Assembly (NCBI GenBank): GCA_965224465.1
Contig: OZ245049.1
Coordinates: 4,080,001-4,112,000 of the forward strand
Origin: Flavobacteriaceae bacterium
GTDB lineage: Bacteria > Bacteroidota > Bacteroidia > Flavobacteriales > Flavobacteriaceae
DNA length: 32,000 bases
Direction of reading: 5' to 3'
Below the pieces are notes generated by a model. That model was not told the origin of the DNA. It did no database searches and worked only from the letters and a program-made list of their open reading frames with translations. Below are positions 9,490 to 18,008 of the stretch, in pieces (positions within the stretch are counted from its first letter, which is position 1; each line of letters opens with the position of its first letter). The translations under genes were made by a program, and so were the position numbers.

Positions 9490-10461
9490 ATGAAAAATTT
9501 TGCAATAATTGGTGTTGCGGGATATATAGCACCTCGTCATTTAAGAGCTATAAGAGATACGAAAAATAATTTAGTGGCAGCTTATGACTTGTTTGATAGT
9601 GTCGGTGTTATGGATAGTTTCTTTCCAGAAGCCTCTTTTTTTACGCAACAAGAGTTATTTGATAGACACATTTCTAAATTAAAAGGGACAGAAAAGAAGA
9701 TTGATATTGTATCGGTATGTAGCCCTAATTATTTACACGATGCGCATATCCGTTATGGATTAAGAGTTGGTGCAGATGTTATCTCTGAAAAACCATTGGT
9801 TTTAAATCCTTGGAATATAGATGCCTTACAAGAGGTCGAAAATGAGACAGGAGGAAAGTTAAATAACATCCTTCAGTTGCGTTTACACGGATCTATTAAG
9901 GCATTAAAAGAAAAAGTTAAAAATGGACCTAAAAGTAAGATCTATGATGTTGACCTAACATACATTACGTCTCGTGGGAATTGGTATTATACCAGTTGGA
10001 AAGGAGATGTTCGTAAAAGCGGTGGGATCGCTACAAACATAGGAGTTCATTTTTATGATATGTTACAATGGGTATTTGGAGCTGTAAAAAAAAACATAGT
10101 ACATATTGCTTCTCATGATAGAGTTTCTGGATATTTGGAGTTTGAACAAGCTCGAGTACGTTACTTTTTAAGTATTAATGAAAAAACACTCCCTAAGGAT
10201 ATTAGAAACGCAGGTAAAAAAACATACCGTTTATTAGAAATGGACGGAGAGGAAGTAGAATTTTCAAATGGATTTACAGAGCTACATACCAAAAGTTACC
10301 AACATATTCTTGACGGAAAAGGATTCGGTTTAGAGGAGGTAAGGCCCTGTATAGAAATTGTGCATGACATTCGACACGCGAAATCTATAGGTTTAAAAGG
10401 TGATTATCATCCTTTTGCAAAACTAGGTTTAGAAAATCATCCTTTTGGATGGACTAATTAG
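9490..10461 (+). CDS. Gfo/Idh/MocA-family oxidoreductase, WbpB/WlbA-like (UDP-GlcNAcA 3-dehydrogenase family)
   Basis: 323 aa. N-terminal Rossmann motif FAIIGVAGYIAPRHLRAI, then SPNYLH and EKP motifs. Adjacent to the WbpD-like gene as in B-band O-antigen type clusters. Confidence 0.8.
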   Translation: MKNFAIIGVAGYIAPRHLRAIRDTKNNLVAAYDLFDSVGVMDSFFPEASFFTQQELFDRHISKLKGTEKKIDIVSVCSPNYLHDAHIRYGLRVGADVISEKPLVLNPWNIDALQEVENETGGKLNNILQLRLHGSIKALKEKVKNGPKSKIYDVDLTYITSRGNWYYTSWKGDVRKSGGIATNIGVHFYDMLQWVFGAVKKNIVHIASHDRVSGYLEFEQARVRYFLSINEKTLPKDIRNAGKKTYRLLEMDGEEVEFSNGFTELHTKSYQHILDGKGFGLEEVRPCIEIVHDIRHAKSIGLKGDYHPFAKLGLENHPFGWTN

Positions 10462-10470
10462 GAGGTAATT

Positions 10471-11229
10471 ATGAATCAAGAAATTATCGTTAGTATTATA
10501 ACCCCTTCCTATAATTCTTCTGACTTTATTGAAGAAACTATAAAATCAGTTCAAAATCAGACATATCAAAATTGGGAAATGCTTATTATTGATGATTGTT
10601 CTGATGATAATAGTGTGGATGTAATTCGTAAATATTGCGCATTAGATAGTCGTATAAAACTTTTTGTGCTTAAACAAAATTCAGGTGCTGCTGTTGCTAG
10701 AAATAAAGGTTTAGAAAATGTTAAGGGTCGTTTTATCGCTTTTTTGGATAGTGATGATTTATGGATGCCTCATAAATTAGAAACTCAAGTAGATTTCATG
10801 TTAAAAGAAGGATTTGCTATTTCTTTTACGGAATATCAGGTTTGTTCTGAGAACATGAGAGAGTGTTTTTATGATATTGAAGTTCCAATATCTATTGATT
10901 ATATTTCATATCTTAAAAATACTATTATAGGTATGTCTACCTCTATGATAGATCTTGAACGTGTTAAGCCATTTAAGTTTCACAATATAAGAACGCGACA
11001 AGATACGTATTTATGGATATCGCTTCTAAAGCGAGGACATATTGCTTATGGATTACAAGAAAAATTAGTAAAGTATAGAGTTCGTGATAATTCTATTTCT
11101 GCGAATAAAATAAAAGCTGCTAAAAGAGTTTGGTTTTTATATTATAAACTAGAAAATCTCGGGCTTCTTAAGTCAACATATTATTTTATGTGGTATGTTT
11201 TTAATGCATTAAATAAAAGAAGAAAATAG
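10471..11229 (+). CDS. Glycosyltransferase family 2
   Basis: 252 aa. VSIITPSYNSSDFIEETIKSVQNQTY...IIDDCSDD...AFLDSDD gives the classic GT2 DxD and N-terminal signature. Confidence 0.85.
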   Translation: MNQEIIVSIITPSYNSSDFIEETIKSVQNQTYQNWEMLIIDDCSDDNSVDVIRKYCALDSRIKLFVLKQNSGAAVARNKGLENVKGRFIAFLDSDDLWMPHKLETQVDFMLKEGFAISFTEYQVCSENMRECFYDIEVPISIDYISYLKNTIIGMSTSMIDLERVKPFKFHNIRTRQDTYLWISLLKRGHIAYGLQEKLVKYRVRDNSISANKIKAAKRVWFLYYKLENLGLLKSTYYFMWYVFNALNKRRK

Positions 11230-12453
11230 ATGATACCATTTTCACCACCAAGAATAGATCAGTCTGTTATAGACGAAGTAATAGATACCTTAAAGTCGGG
11301 TTGGATTACAACAGGTCCAAAAACAAAAAAGTTTGAACAAAAATTAGCTGAATATTGTGGCAATAAGAAAACACTAGCCGTTTCTTCTGCTACAGCTGGG
11401 CTAGAATTAATGCTGCGTTGGTACGGTGTTGGCGAGGGAGATGAAGTAATACTACCTGCTTATACCTATTGCGCAACTGCAAATGTGGTGACGCATTGTG
11501 GGGCAAAAGTTATTATGGTAGATGTAAATGCGTCTGATTTTAATATTTCTATAGCTGCTATTAAAAAAGCAATAACATCTAAAACAAAGGTAATTATGCC
11601 TGTAGATTTAGGAGGTTACCCTTGTGATTATGATGAGATCTTAGATTTAGTAAATTTAGATAGTATAAAGGCTCAATTTACACCAGATCATGAAAATCAA
11701 AAGAAGTTAAATAGAATTTTAATACTATCGGATGCTGCTCATTCAATAGGAGCAGAGTATAAAGGTAAAAAATCTGGAAGTTTAACAGATATTTCTGTAT
11801 TTAGTTTCCATGCAGTTAAAAATTTAACAACTTCTGAGGGAGGAGCAGTCTCTTTAAATTTACCAGCTCCTTTTGATTGTGAAGAAATTTATAATAAACT
11901 ATGTGTCTCGATTTTACATGGGCAAAATAAAGATGCTTTAGCCAAGACAAAGAAAGGAGCTTGGAGGTACGATGTTGTTGAAGCAGGCTATAAAGCTAAT
12001 ATGACTGATATTTCTGCTTCTATTGGTTTGGTAGAACTTGCACGTTATGAGAATGACATGTTAAAAAAGCGTTTAGATATTTTTACTAAATATGCGTCTG
12101 CTTTTGAAAAATATGATTGGGCAGAGTTGCCTATTTTTAGGTGTAAAGATAAAACATCGTCGTATCACGTGTATTGTTTACGGATAAAAGAAGTTACAGA
12201 AGATCAAAGAGATGCTATCATACAAGAAATTTTTGAACAAGATGTTTCTGTAAATGTGCATTTTCAGCCATTACCATTGCTGTCTTTCTATAAGAATCAA
12301 GGTTATAATATTAAGGATTACCCTGTTTCTTATGATAATTATTCGAGAGAAATAAGTTTACCTGTGTATTATAATTTGTCTGATAAACAAGTTGATATTG
12401 TTATAAATGCAGTCGTTAATGCTGTTCAAAAAGTGATTGATACAAATGATTAG
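11230..12453 (+). CDS. DegT/DnrJ/EryC1/StrS-family sugar aminotransferase (PglE/WcfR/EpsN-like UDP-4-keto-6-deoxy-HexNAc 4-aminotransferase)
   Basis: 407 aa. SGWITTGPKTKKFE, SSATAGLEL, DAAHSIGAEYKGK and FSFHAVKNLTTSEGG (PLP lysine). Followed by a small sugar transferase and the CapD-like dehydratase, the usual trio. Confidence 0.9.
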   Translation: MIPFSPPRIDQSVIDEVIDTLKSGWITTGPKTKKFEQKLAEYCGNKKTLAVSSATAGLELMLRWYGVGEGDEVILPAYTYCATANVVTHCGAKVIMVDVNASDFNISIAAIKKAITSKTKVIMPVDLGGYPCDYDEILDLVNLDSIKAQFTPDHENQKKLNRILILSDAAHSIGAEYKGKKSGSLTDISVFSFHAVKNLTTSEGGAVSLNLPAPFDCEEIYNKLCVSILHGQNKDALAKTKKGAWRYDVVEAGYKANMTDISASIGLVELARYENDMLKKRLDIFTKYASAFEKYDWAELPIFRCKDKTSSYHVYCLRIKEVTEDQRDAIIQEIFEQDVSVNVHFQPLPLLSFYKNQGYNIKDYPVSYDNYSREISLPVYYNLSDKQVDIVINAVVNAVQKVIDTND

Positions 12454-13033
12454 GATTTTAGATATTGTATTTTCATTTATTGGTTTATTGTTATTGTTAC
12501 CTGTTTTTATCATTGTAATTATCGCCATTAAAGTTGATAGTAGAGGAAGTGCATTTTATTTGCAAAGCCGAGTAGGAATAAATGGGATTGATTTTAAACT
12601 TTTTAAATTTAGATCTATGCGTGTTGGCGCGGATAAAAAGGGGTTGATTACTGTAGGGGGTAGAGATAGTAGAATCACAAATATGGGCTATTTTATACGC
12701 AAGTATAAACTAGATGAACTTCCTCAATTATTAAACGTATTGTTTGGTCAAATGAGTTTAGTCGGGCCCCGTCCAGAGGTTCGGAAATATGTTGATTTGT
12801 ATTCAAAAGAACAACTAAAAGTCCTTACTGTAAGACCAGGGATTACGGATTATGCTTCTATTGAGTATATCGATGAAAATATGCTCTTGGGAGCTTCTGA
12901 GGATCCTGAAAAAACATATATTGAGGACATTATGCCAGATAAAATCAGGTATAATATGAGGTATATTAACAATAGATCTATTATTGAATATTTTAAATTG
13001 ATAACATTGACCTTTTTTAAAATTTTGAAGTAG
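12446..13033 (+). CDS. Undecaprenyl-phosphate sugar-phosphate transferase (small bacterial sugar transferase, PglC/WcfS-like initiating enzyme)
   Basis: One N-terminal reentrant hydrophobic helix. KFRSM, DELPQLLNVLFGQMSLVGPRP and RPGITD motifs. The ATG at 12446 overlaps the upstream TAG (ATGATTAG). The ORF track start at 12437 is a TTG. Confidence 0.9.
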   Translation: MIRILDIVFSFIGLLLLLPVFIIVIIAIKVDSRGSAFYLQSRVGINGIDFKLFKFRSMRVGADKKGLITVGGRDSRITNMGYFIRKYKLDELPQLLNVLFGQMSLVGPRPEVRKYVDLYSKEQLKVLTVRPGITDYASIEYIDENMLLGASEDPEKTYIEDIMPDKIRYNMRYINNRSIIEYFKLITLTFFKILK

Positions 13034-13203
13034 TTTCTGTACCATAGATTGTATATGTAATCTACTAATTTTAATTTTTACTACTAGTTTTTTGGTATAA
13101 AATTAAAAAGGGGAATCTCCTTCTCTTTTTACCAACGAACGGAATGATTCTTGCACAGAATGTAAAATATGTTTATTTTTAAGCTGTAAAAAAAAAGAAA
13201 ATT

Positions 13204-15132
13204 ATGATACGAACTTTTTTATTAAGAAATACGAATGTGTATGTTTCTAAATGGATGGTGTGGGCCATAGACTTGGTATTGGTATTGCATTGTTTGTTTT
13301 TTTCCTATTTTATTCGATTTAATTTTACTTTAAATTTTGACAGTCAGTCTTTTGATTTGGTGATTCCTTTTGTACTTCTATTGTCGGGATTAAGCTTTAT
13401 CATTGTTGGCTCCCACAAAGGAGTTATAAGGCATACCGGTGAAAAAGATGCATTCAATGTTTTTTTAGCGGTTAGTTTGTTTACTTGTATAGAGATTGCC
13501 GTTGTTGGACTGAATCGGATTTTTGGAATTGTTGACGGTTTTACCATTCCTATTTCTATCATAGCCATTCATTTTATTTTAAATCTTGTGGTGTTAATTG
13601 CGAGTAGGTTTGTGTTTAAAATGGTGTATCACCGTTTTACTTCAGGAGTTGAAATAGCAACTCGTGTGATGATTTATGGAGCTGGAGACTCAGGAATATT
13701 AACCTGTGAATCTATTTCAAATGATAAATCAAATAAGTACCGAGTGATTGGTTTTATAGATGATGATAAACGAAAAGTAAAAAAGAAGGTACATCGCTTA
13801 AATGTTTACGCGCAGAAGTCTGTCAATTTAGATTTTATAAATAAGCATCAATTACAAGAAATTATTGTATCCATTCAGAATTTGTCAGGAGCTAGATTGA
13901 CGGAAATTGTAGATTATTATTTGCAATTTGGAGTAAAAGTTAAAATTGTACCACCAGTATCGGAATGGTTAGATGGAAGCCTTCAATCAGGGCAAATAAA
14001 ACAAGTAAAGATTGAAGATTTATTAGACAGAACTCCTATAGAATTGAACAATCCAAAGATTGAACAAGAGTTTATGGGGAAAACTATTTTTGTAACAGGA
14101 GGGGCAGGATCTATTGGAAGTGAAATTGTAAGGCAGTTGAGTATATATAGTTGTAAGGAAATTATAGTTATTGATCAGGCAGAGTCACCTTTATACGAAT
14201 TAGAGCAAGAATTAGTACAAAAGAAATGTAAGAATCTTAAAGTTATTGTTGGAGATGTACGAGATGCCTCAAAAATGGATTATTTGTTTGCCCAGTACTT
14301 ACCGCAGTATGTATTTCATGCAGCAGCATATAAACACGTGCCTTTGATGGAGCAAAACCCTTACGAAGCCGTTAAGGTAAATGTAGCAGGGACTCGAAAA
14401 ATTTCTGATCTGTCTTTAAAGTACGGTGTTTCTAAATTTGTGATGATTTCTACGGACAAAGCAGTCAACCCAACAAATATTATGGGAGCCACCAAGCGTA
14501 TTGCAGAAATGTACGTGAGTAGTTTAAATAATATGGGACGCACTAAATTTATAACCACTCGTTTTGGAAATGTACTCGGATCTAATGGTTCTGTGATCCC
14601 ACTATTTAGAAAACAGTTGTTAAATGGAGGGCCACTTACTTTAACTCATAAAGATATTACACGTTTCTTTATGACGATTCCAGAAGCTTGTCAGCTTGTT
14701 TTAGAGGCTGGAGGAATGGGAAAAGGAGGTGAAATCTTTATTTTTGATATGGGGAAATCTGTAAAGATTTTTGATTTGGCAAAAAGAATGATTCATTTAT
14801 CCGGTTTTCAGTACCCAAAGGATATTGATATTGAAATTACAGGACTAAGGCCAGGAGAGAAATTATATGAAGAACTATTGGCAAACGAAGAGAACACATT
14901 GCCTACCCATCACGAAAAAATTATGATAGCCAAAGTATATTGCTCTGAAATAGAGAAGAAGCATTTGGATATTATTGCGCTTTGTGAACTTGGAAAAACG
15001 GCTAATAATGTAGATATAGTACGTACAATGAAAATAATTGTACCTGAATTTATATCTAACAATTCTGAATATGCAGTGTTAGATGTTAAGAAAAAGACAA
15101 AAGGTACTGTAAAGCATTTAAAGATTTCTTAA
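13204..15132 (+). CDS. Membrane-anchored polysaccharide biosynthesis protein CapD/WbpM/PglF-like (UDP-GlcNAc 4,6-dehydratase)
   Basis: 642 aa. Four N-terminal TM segments, TGGAGSIGSE Rossmann motif, YKHVP, STDKAVNPTNIMGATKR and RFGNVLGSNGSV, all typical of the family. Confidence 0.9.
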   Translation: MIRTFLLRNTNVYVSKWMVWAIDLVLVLHCLFFSYFIRFNFTLNFDSQSFDLVIPFVLLLSGLSFIIVGSHKGVIRHTGEKDAFNVFLAVSLFTCIEIAVVGLNRIFGIVDGFTIPISIIAIHFILNLVVLIASRFVFKMVYHRFTSGVEIATRVMIYGAGDSGILTCESISNDKSNKYRVIGFIDDDKRKVKKKVHRLNVYAQKSVNLDFINKHQLQEIIVSIQNLSGARLTEIVDYYLQFGVKVKIVPPVSEWLDGSLQSGQIKQVKIEDLLDRTPIELNNPKIEQEFMGKTIFVTGGAGSIGSEIVRQLSIYSCKEIIVIDQAESPLYELEQELVQKKCKNLKVIVGDVRDASKMDYLFAQYLPQYVFHAAAYKHVPLMEQNPYEAVKVNVAGTRKISDLSLKYGVSKFVMISTDKAVNPTNIMGATKRIAEMYVSSLNNMGRTKFITTRFGNVLGSNGSVIPLFRKQLLNGGPLTLTHKDITRFFMTIPEACQLVLEAGGMGKGGEIFIFDMGKSVKIFDLAKRMIHLSGFQYPKDIDIEITGLRPGEKLYEELLANEENTLPTHHEKIMIAKVYCSEIEKKHLDIIALCELGKTANNVDIVRTMKIIVPEFISNNSEYAVLDVKKKTKGTVKHLKIS

Positions 15133-15215
15133 AGGGACATTTGTTTGCTTAAATGATGGATTAGCGTCTATGTATCATCATCACAACAGATAAAAAACAA
15201 GAGTAGGCAGCATAT

Positions 15216-15256
15216 AAAAAAACCAAGTGATATAATGTATATCACTTGGTTTTTTT
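15216..15256. terminator. Bidirectional intrinsic terminator between convergent genes
   Basis: Perfect 12-bp stem CCAAGTGATATA (15223-15234) / TATATCACTTGG (15238-15249) with a 3-nt loop. Flanked by A7 upstream and T7 downstream. Confidence 0.8.
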
Positions 15257-15284
15257 GTTTTGAGTATAGTACATCAACCCCTTT

Positions 15285-16688
15285 TTAAAACAAGCCTGTT
15301 TTACGCAAAGAAATAAATCCACCAATATTTACAGGGCGATAGGTACCTGTATCAAACGAGCTACCTAGAATAATATCTATAGGTAGTTTTTTTATGTGTG
15401 GTATTTTACATTCCAAATAGCCGGAAAACTGTGTTGGTTTTGGGCTGTATTCACTTCCGAACCATCCAAAATAGGTAGTGTGACTTAGCATGGCTTTGTA
15501 TTCAATACTTTTAATAGTTCCTTTCAGACCTAGATTAAATGCCATAAAACGATTGTCCTTAAATCCTTCGGTGATGCCATTAGTACCTATATCTTTTGTG
15601 GTAAAATAAGGAGATCCGAGGCAGTTTCCAAAATAGGTCCATCCTGATTTGAATACGAAATTATTAAAATAATCATCTTTTCCTCTCGCCATAATTGGTT
15701 TGCCATTTTCATCTCTACCATGCGAAGAACTACCGCTCATGTTTTTGGTATATGTAAACTCTGTCAATAGGTGTGAAACAATAGCCGTTGGTTTTTTGAA
15801 ATCAACAAAGAACCCATAAATACCATCACGCCAATTCTGTAATTCTCTACCAGAGCGATCTTCAAAAGGATGGGAATAATAAAAGCTAATATTTTTACGG
15901 TCTCCTTTATAATCCAATTTCAATAAGTAAGACCCTAAATGGTTTCCTAAGGCATTTAAACGCTCGTTATCTACGGTGTTTGCATCTCCAGACATTCCAG
16001 AAACTACCCTTAAATAATCTTTAAAACTATGCGCCTGTTTTGAGCCGTTGATGCTAGTGCCTCCCCATTGTACATAATGGTTTAAGGCTGCCGTTAAGTT
16101 CCAGTGCTTATTTAGAGCCGCCCTAAAATAAATGCTTTTTTTATGAAGTCTTGTGTGGTCTATAAAACGAGGGTCGTTCATAAGGTAGTCTCCATACTGT
16201 CCTTTAAAAGAGAGCCATTGTTTGAAAACAGGAAAGGGGATGTATTGTGTAAGCTGGATATTGTATCCAGGTAAAGAGCGTGCATTGCCAGACTCCGTAA
16301 TATTTCCATTGGAAGAGGAGAGTCCTTGCCAGAGAATTGGATTGTGTTTTACACCTAGATCTAATTGTAATTTTTTATACCGAATACTACTGTATAGTTG
16401 GTTGATTAAGACGTCGTTTTCTTTAGCGATACTCCCTGTAAATTGAGCGCCATAGGAAAATTGCCAGTTTTTTAGATTGGAATCGTCAAAGTCTTTTGAG
16501 AGTCCAATAATCACCATTCCGTTATTGCTGTTTGGGACTGCACCTTGCTTGTTAGAAACCATCCAAAAGGGCAGTGTTTCTTTGCTAGAAAAGATAGAGC
16601 TAAGTTCTAAAGAGTATTTGTGTTTTTCTTGAGAGAATCCTTTATGTGCTATAAGTACTAGAAGTACAATAATGATATGTTTTTTCAT
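15285..16688 (-). CDS. Outer-membrane beta-barrel protein, capsule-assembly Wzi-like
   Basis: 467 aa with a signal peptide (MKKHIIIVLLVLIAHKGFSQ) and C-terminal Phe. YVQWGG...NALGNHLG...ISFYYSHPFEDRSG parallels the E. coli Wzi segments MQWGG / GNQLAG / FYGQMIGEDESG (recalled from memory, not aligned computationally). Confidence 0.55.
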   Translation of the reverse strand: MKKHIIIVLLVLIAHKGFSQEKHKYSLELSSIFSSKETLPFWMVSNKQGAVPNSNNGMVIIGLSKDFDDSNLKNWQFSYGAQFTGSIAKENDVLINQLYSSIRYKKLQLDLGVKHNPILWQGLSSSNGNITESGNARSLPGYNIQLTQYIPFPVFKQWLSFKGQYGDYLMNDPRFIDHTRLHKKSIYFRAALNKHWNLTAALNHYVQWGGTSINGSKQAHSFKDYLRVVSGMSGDANTVDNERLNALGNHLGSYLLKLDYKGDRKNISFYYSHPFEDRSGRELQNWRDGIYGFFVDFKKPTAIVSHLLTEFTYTKNMSGSSSHGRDENGKPIMARGKDDYFNNFVFKSGWTYFGNCLGSPYFTTKDIGTNGITEGFKDNRFMAFNLGLKGTIKSIEYKAMLSHTTYFGWFGSEYSPKPTQFSGYLECKIPHIKKLPIDIILGSSFDTGTYRPVNIGGFISLRKTGLF

Positions 16689-16977
16689 GTAGTTTTTTTA
16701 AAGGTGTAAAAGTACTGTTTTCTATGTAAACATAAGGAGGAGGTGGTGTTTTTTATCGCGTATGCGTATCTATAGTAAAAAAACCTTTCTATTTAAACAC
16801 AACAATGCCCAGTTGGTCTTTCTGTTCGCCATTTACAAGCCCATACAGTCCAACGTTCTTATTACTTCTTCCAAGTAGCTGGTTATTTTATTATTGAATA
16901 CACAAATAAAATACATATAAATTGAATTTTTCTCAAATTATCGCTAATTCAAAAATAAAATACAAAAAATGCAATAG

Positions 16978-17012
16978 TTTGCTTGTCTAGTCAGAATTTT
17001 AGTATAGATTTG
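16978..17012 (+). promoter_or_regulatory. Candidate Bacteroidota-type promoter (-33 TTTG, -7 TAnnTTTG) for the aromatic operon leader
   Basis: TAGATTTG at 17005-17012 fits the TAnnTTTG -7 consensus and lies 20 nt upstream of the leader ATG. TTTG at 16978-16981 and TTG at 16983-16985 are candidate -33 elements. Confidence 0.4.
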
Positions 17013-17031
17013 TCAATACAAAACAAGAACA

Positions 17032-17112
17032 ATGAATAATTTTAACACTTGGAGTTTCTGTTATTTTTACTTTTATTTGAAAGTAGAGAAGGAGACAGTA
17101 CGTGTTAATTAA
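17032..17112 (+). CDS. Leader peptide, 26 codons, rich in Phe/Tyr/Trp (MNNFNTWSFCYFYFYLKVEKETVRVN)
   Basis: Hand translation of ATG 17032 to TAA 17110-17112. 8 of 26 residues are aromatic, including a consecutive Y-F-Y-F-Y run. Lies between the candidate promoter and a terminator upstream of pheA. Confidence 0.6.
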   Translation: MNNFNTWSFCYFYFYLKVEKETVRVN

Positions 17113-17137
17113 GATATAAACTAACAAATAACAAAAA

Positions 17138-17168
17138 GTCTCAAAATTAATTTGAGGCTTTTTTTTTT
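17138..17168 (+). terminator. Intrinsic terminator inside the 5' leader of the aromatic operon (attenuator terminator)
   Basis: Stem GTCTCAAA (17138-17145) / TTTGAGGC (17151-17158) includes one G-U pair. Loop ATTAA, followed by T10 (17159-17168). It ends 21 nt before the pheA ATG, and there is no upstream + strand gene for it to terminate. Confidence 0.7.
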
Positions 17169-17189
17169 GGAAAAAACAGTAGGTAACTT

Positions 17190-18008
17190 ATGAAAGTAGC
17201 TATTCAAGGAATTAGAGGGTCATTTCACCATATTGTGGCGGAGCAATTTTTTGGAACAAACACCGATTTATTGGAATGCATGACATTTAGTGAAATGCCA
17301 GATTTATTGCATACCAAAGAGGCGAGTTCTGCTATTATGGCTATAGAGAATTCAATAGCAGGGGCTTTATTGCCAAACTATGCTTTAATAGATGAACATA
17401 ACTTGTCCATTTCGGGTGAATATTATTTGCCTATTTTGCACAATTTGATGGTTTTAAACGGGCAGAGAATTGAGGAGATCTCAGAAGTGTATTCTCATCC
17501 TATGGCTTTGTTGCAATGTAGGAAGTTCTTTAAAAGTTACCCACATATTAAGTTGATTGAGGATCAAGACACCGCTGAGGTGGCACGAAGAATCCATAGA
17601 AAAAAGTTAAAAGGGGTAGGCGCTATCGCTAGTGTTAGAGCAGCAGAATACTATGATTTAACAATTTTGGCTAGTGAAATTCAAACCATAAAAAACAATG
17701 CTACTCGTTTTGTGATTTTGAATAATTCAGGGTTGAAAACAAACCCATTAGCGGATAAAGTATCGATTAAATTTATATTGGAACACAAGACAGGGAGTTT
17801 AGGAGAAGTCTTACAAGTTTTTTCTAAGCACAATGTTAGTTTGTCTAAGATTCAATCATTACCCGTTATAGAATCACCTTGGGAATACGCATTTTTTGCG
17901 GATTTGGTTTTTGCAAGTTATCAGGATTATCAGTCAGCTATGCATGAGGTAGCATCAAGAGTATCAGATTTAAAAATATTAGGAGAATATAAAAAAAGTA
18001 AGAGATAA
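17190..18008 (+). CDS. pheA: Prephenate dehydratase
   Basis: 272 aa. PDT domain with the NNATRFVIL (TRF) motif and a C-terminal ACT domain (GSLGEVLQVFSKHNVSLSKIQSLP). Confidence 0.9.
   Translation: MKVAIQGIRGSFHHIVAEQFFGTNTDLLECMTFSEMPDLLHTKEASSAIMAIENSIAGALLPNYALIDEHNLSISGEYYLPILHNLMVLNGQRIEEISEVYSHPMALLQCRKFFKSYPHIKLIEDQDTAEVARRIHRKKLKGVGAIASVRAAEYYDLTILASEIQTIKNNATRFVILNNSGLKTNPLADKVSIKFILEHKTGSLGEVLQVFSKHNVSLSKIQSLPVIESPWEYAFFADLVFASYQDYQSAMHEVASRVSDLKILGEYKKSKR

Noticed and set aside
13108-13130. Weak hairpin AAGGGG-AAT-CTCCTT followed by CTCTTTTT between the sugar transferase and the CapD-like gene, considered as an internal terminator
   Set aside because: The stem is only 6 bp with a G-U pair, and the T-run is interrupted. 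The downstream gene belongs functionally to the same pathway. Evidence is insufficient.
16796-16885. GC-richer patch in the divergent intergenic region; the minus strand reads as a stop-terminated ~33-codon fragment (..GRSNKNVGLYGLVNGEQKDQLGIVVFK*) without a start codon
   Set aside because: It has no start codon and an in-frame stop just upstream, and no recognisable family. It may be a gene remnant, but that cannot be supported without a similarity search.
17072-17150. Attempt to define full 1:2 / 2:3 alternative pairings for the attenuator
   Set aside because: Only short pairings (5 bp or less, or AT-only) were found by eye: GAGAC/GTCTC, TGTTA/TAACA, and TATTTGA with TCAAAAT. I do not claim a specific antiterminator, and a computed fold is needed.
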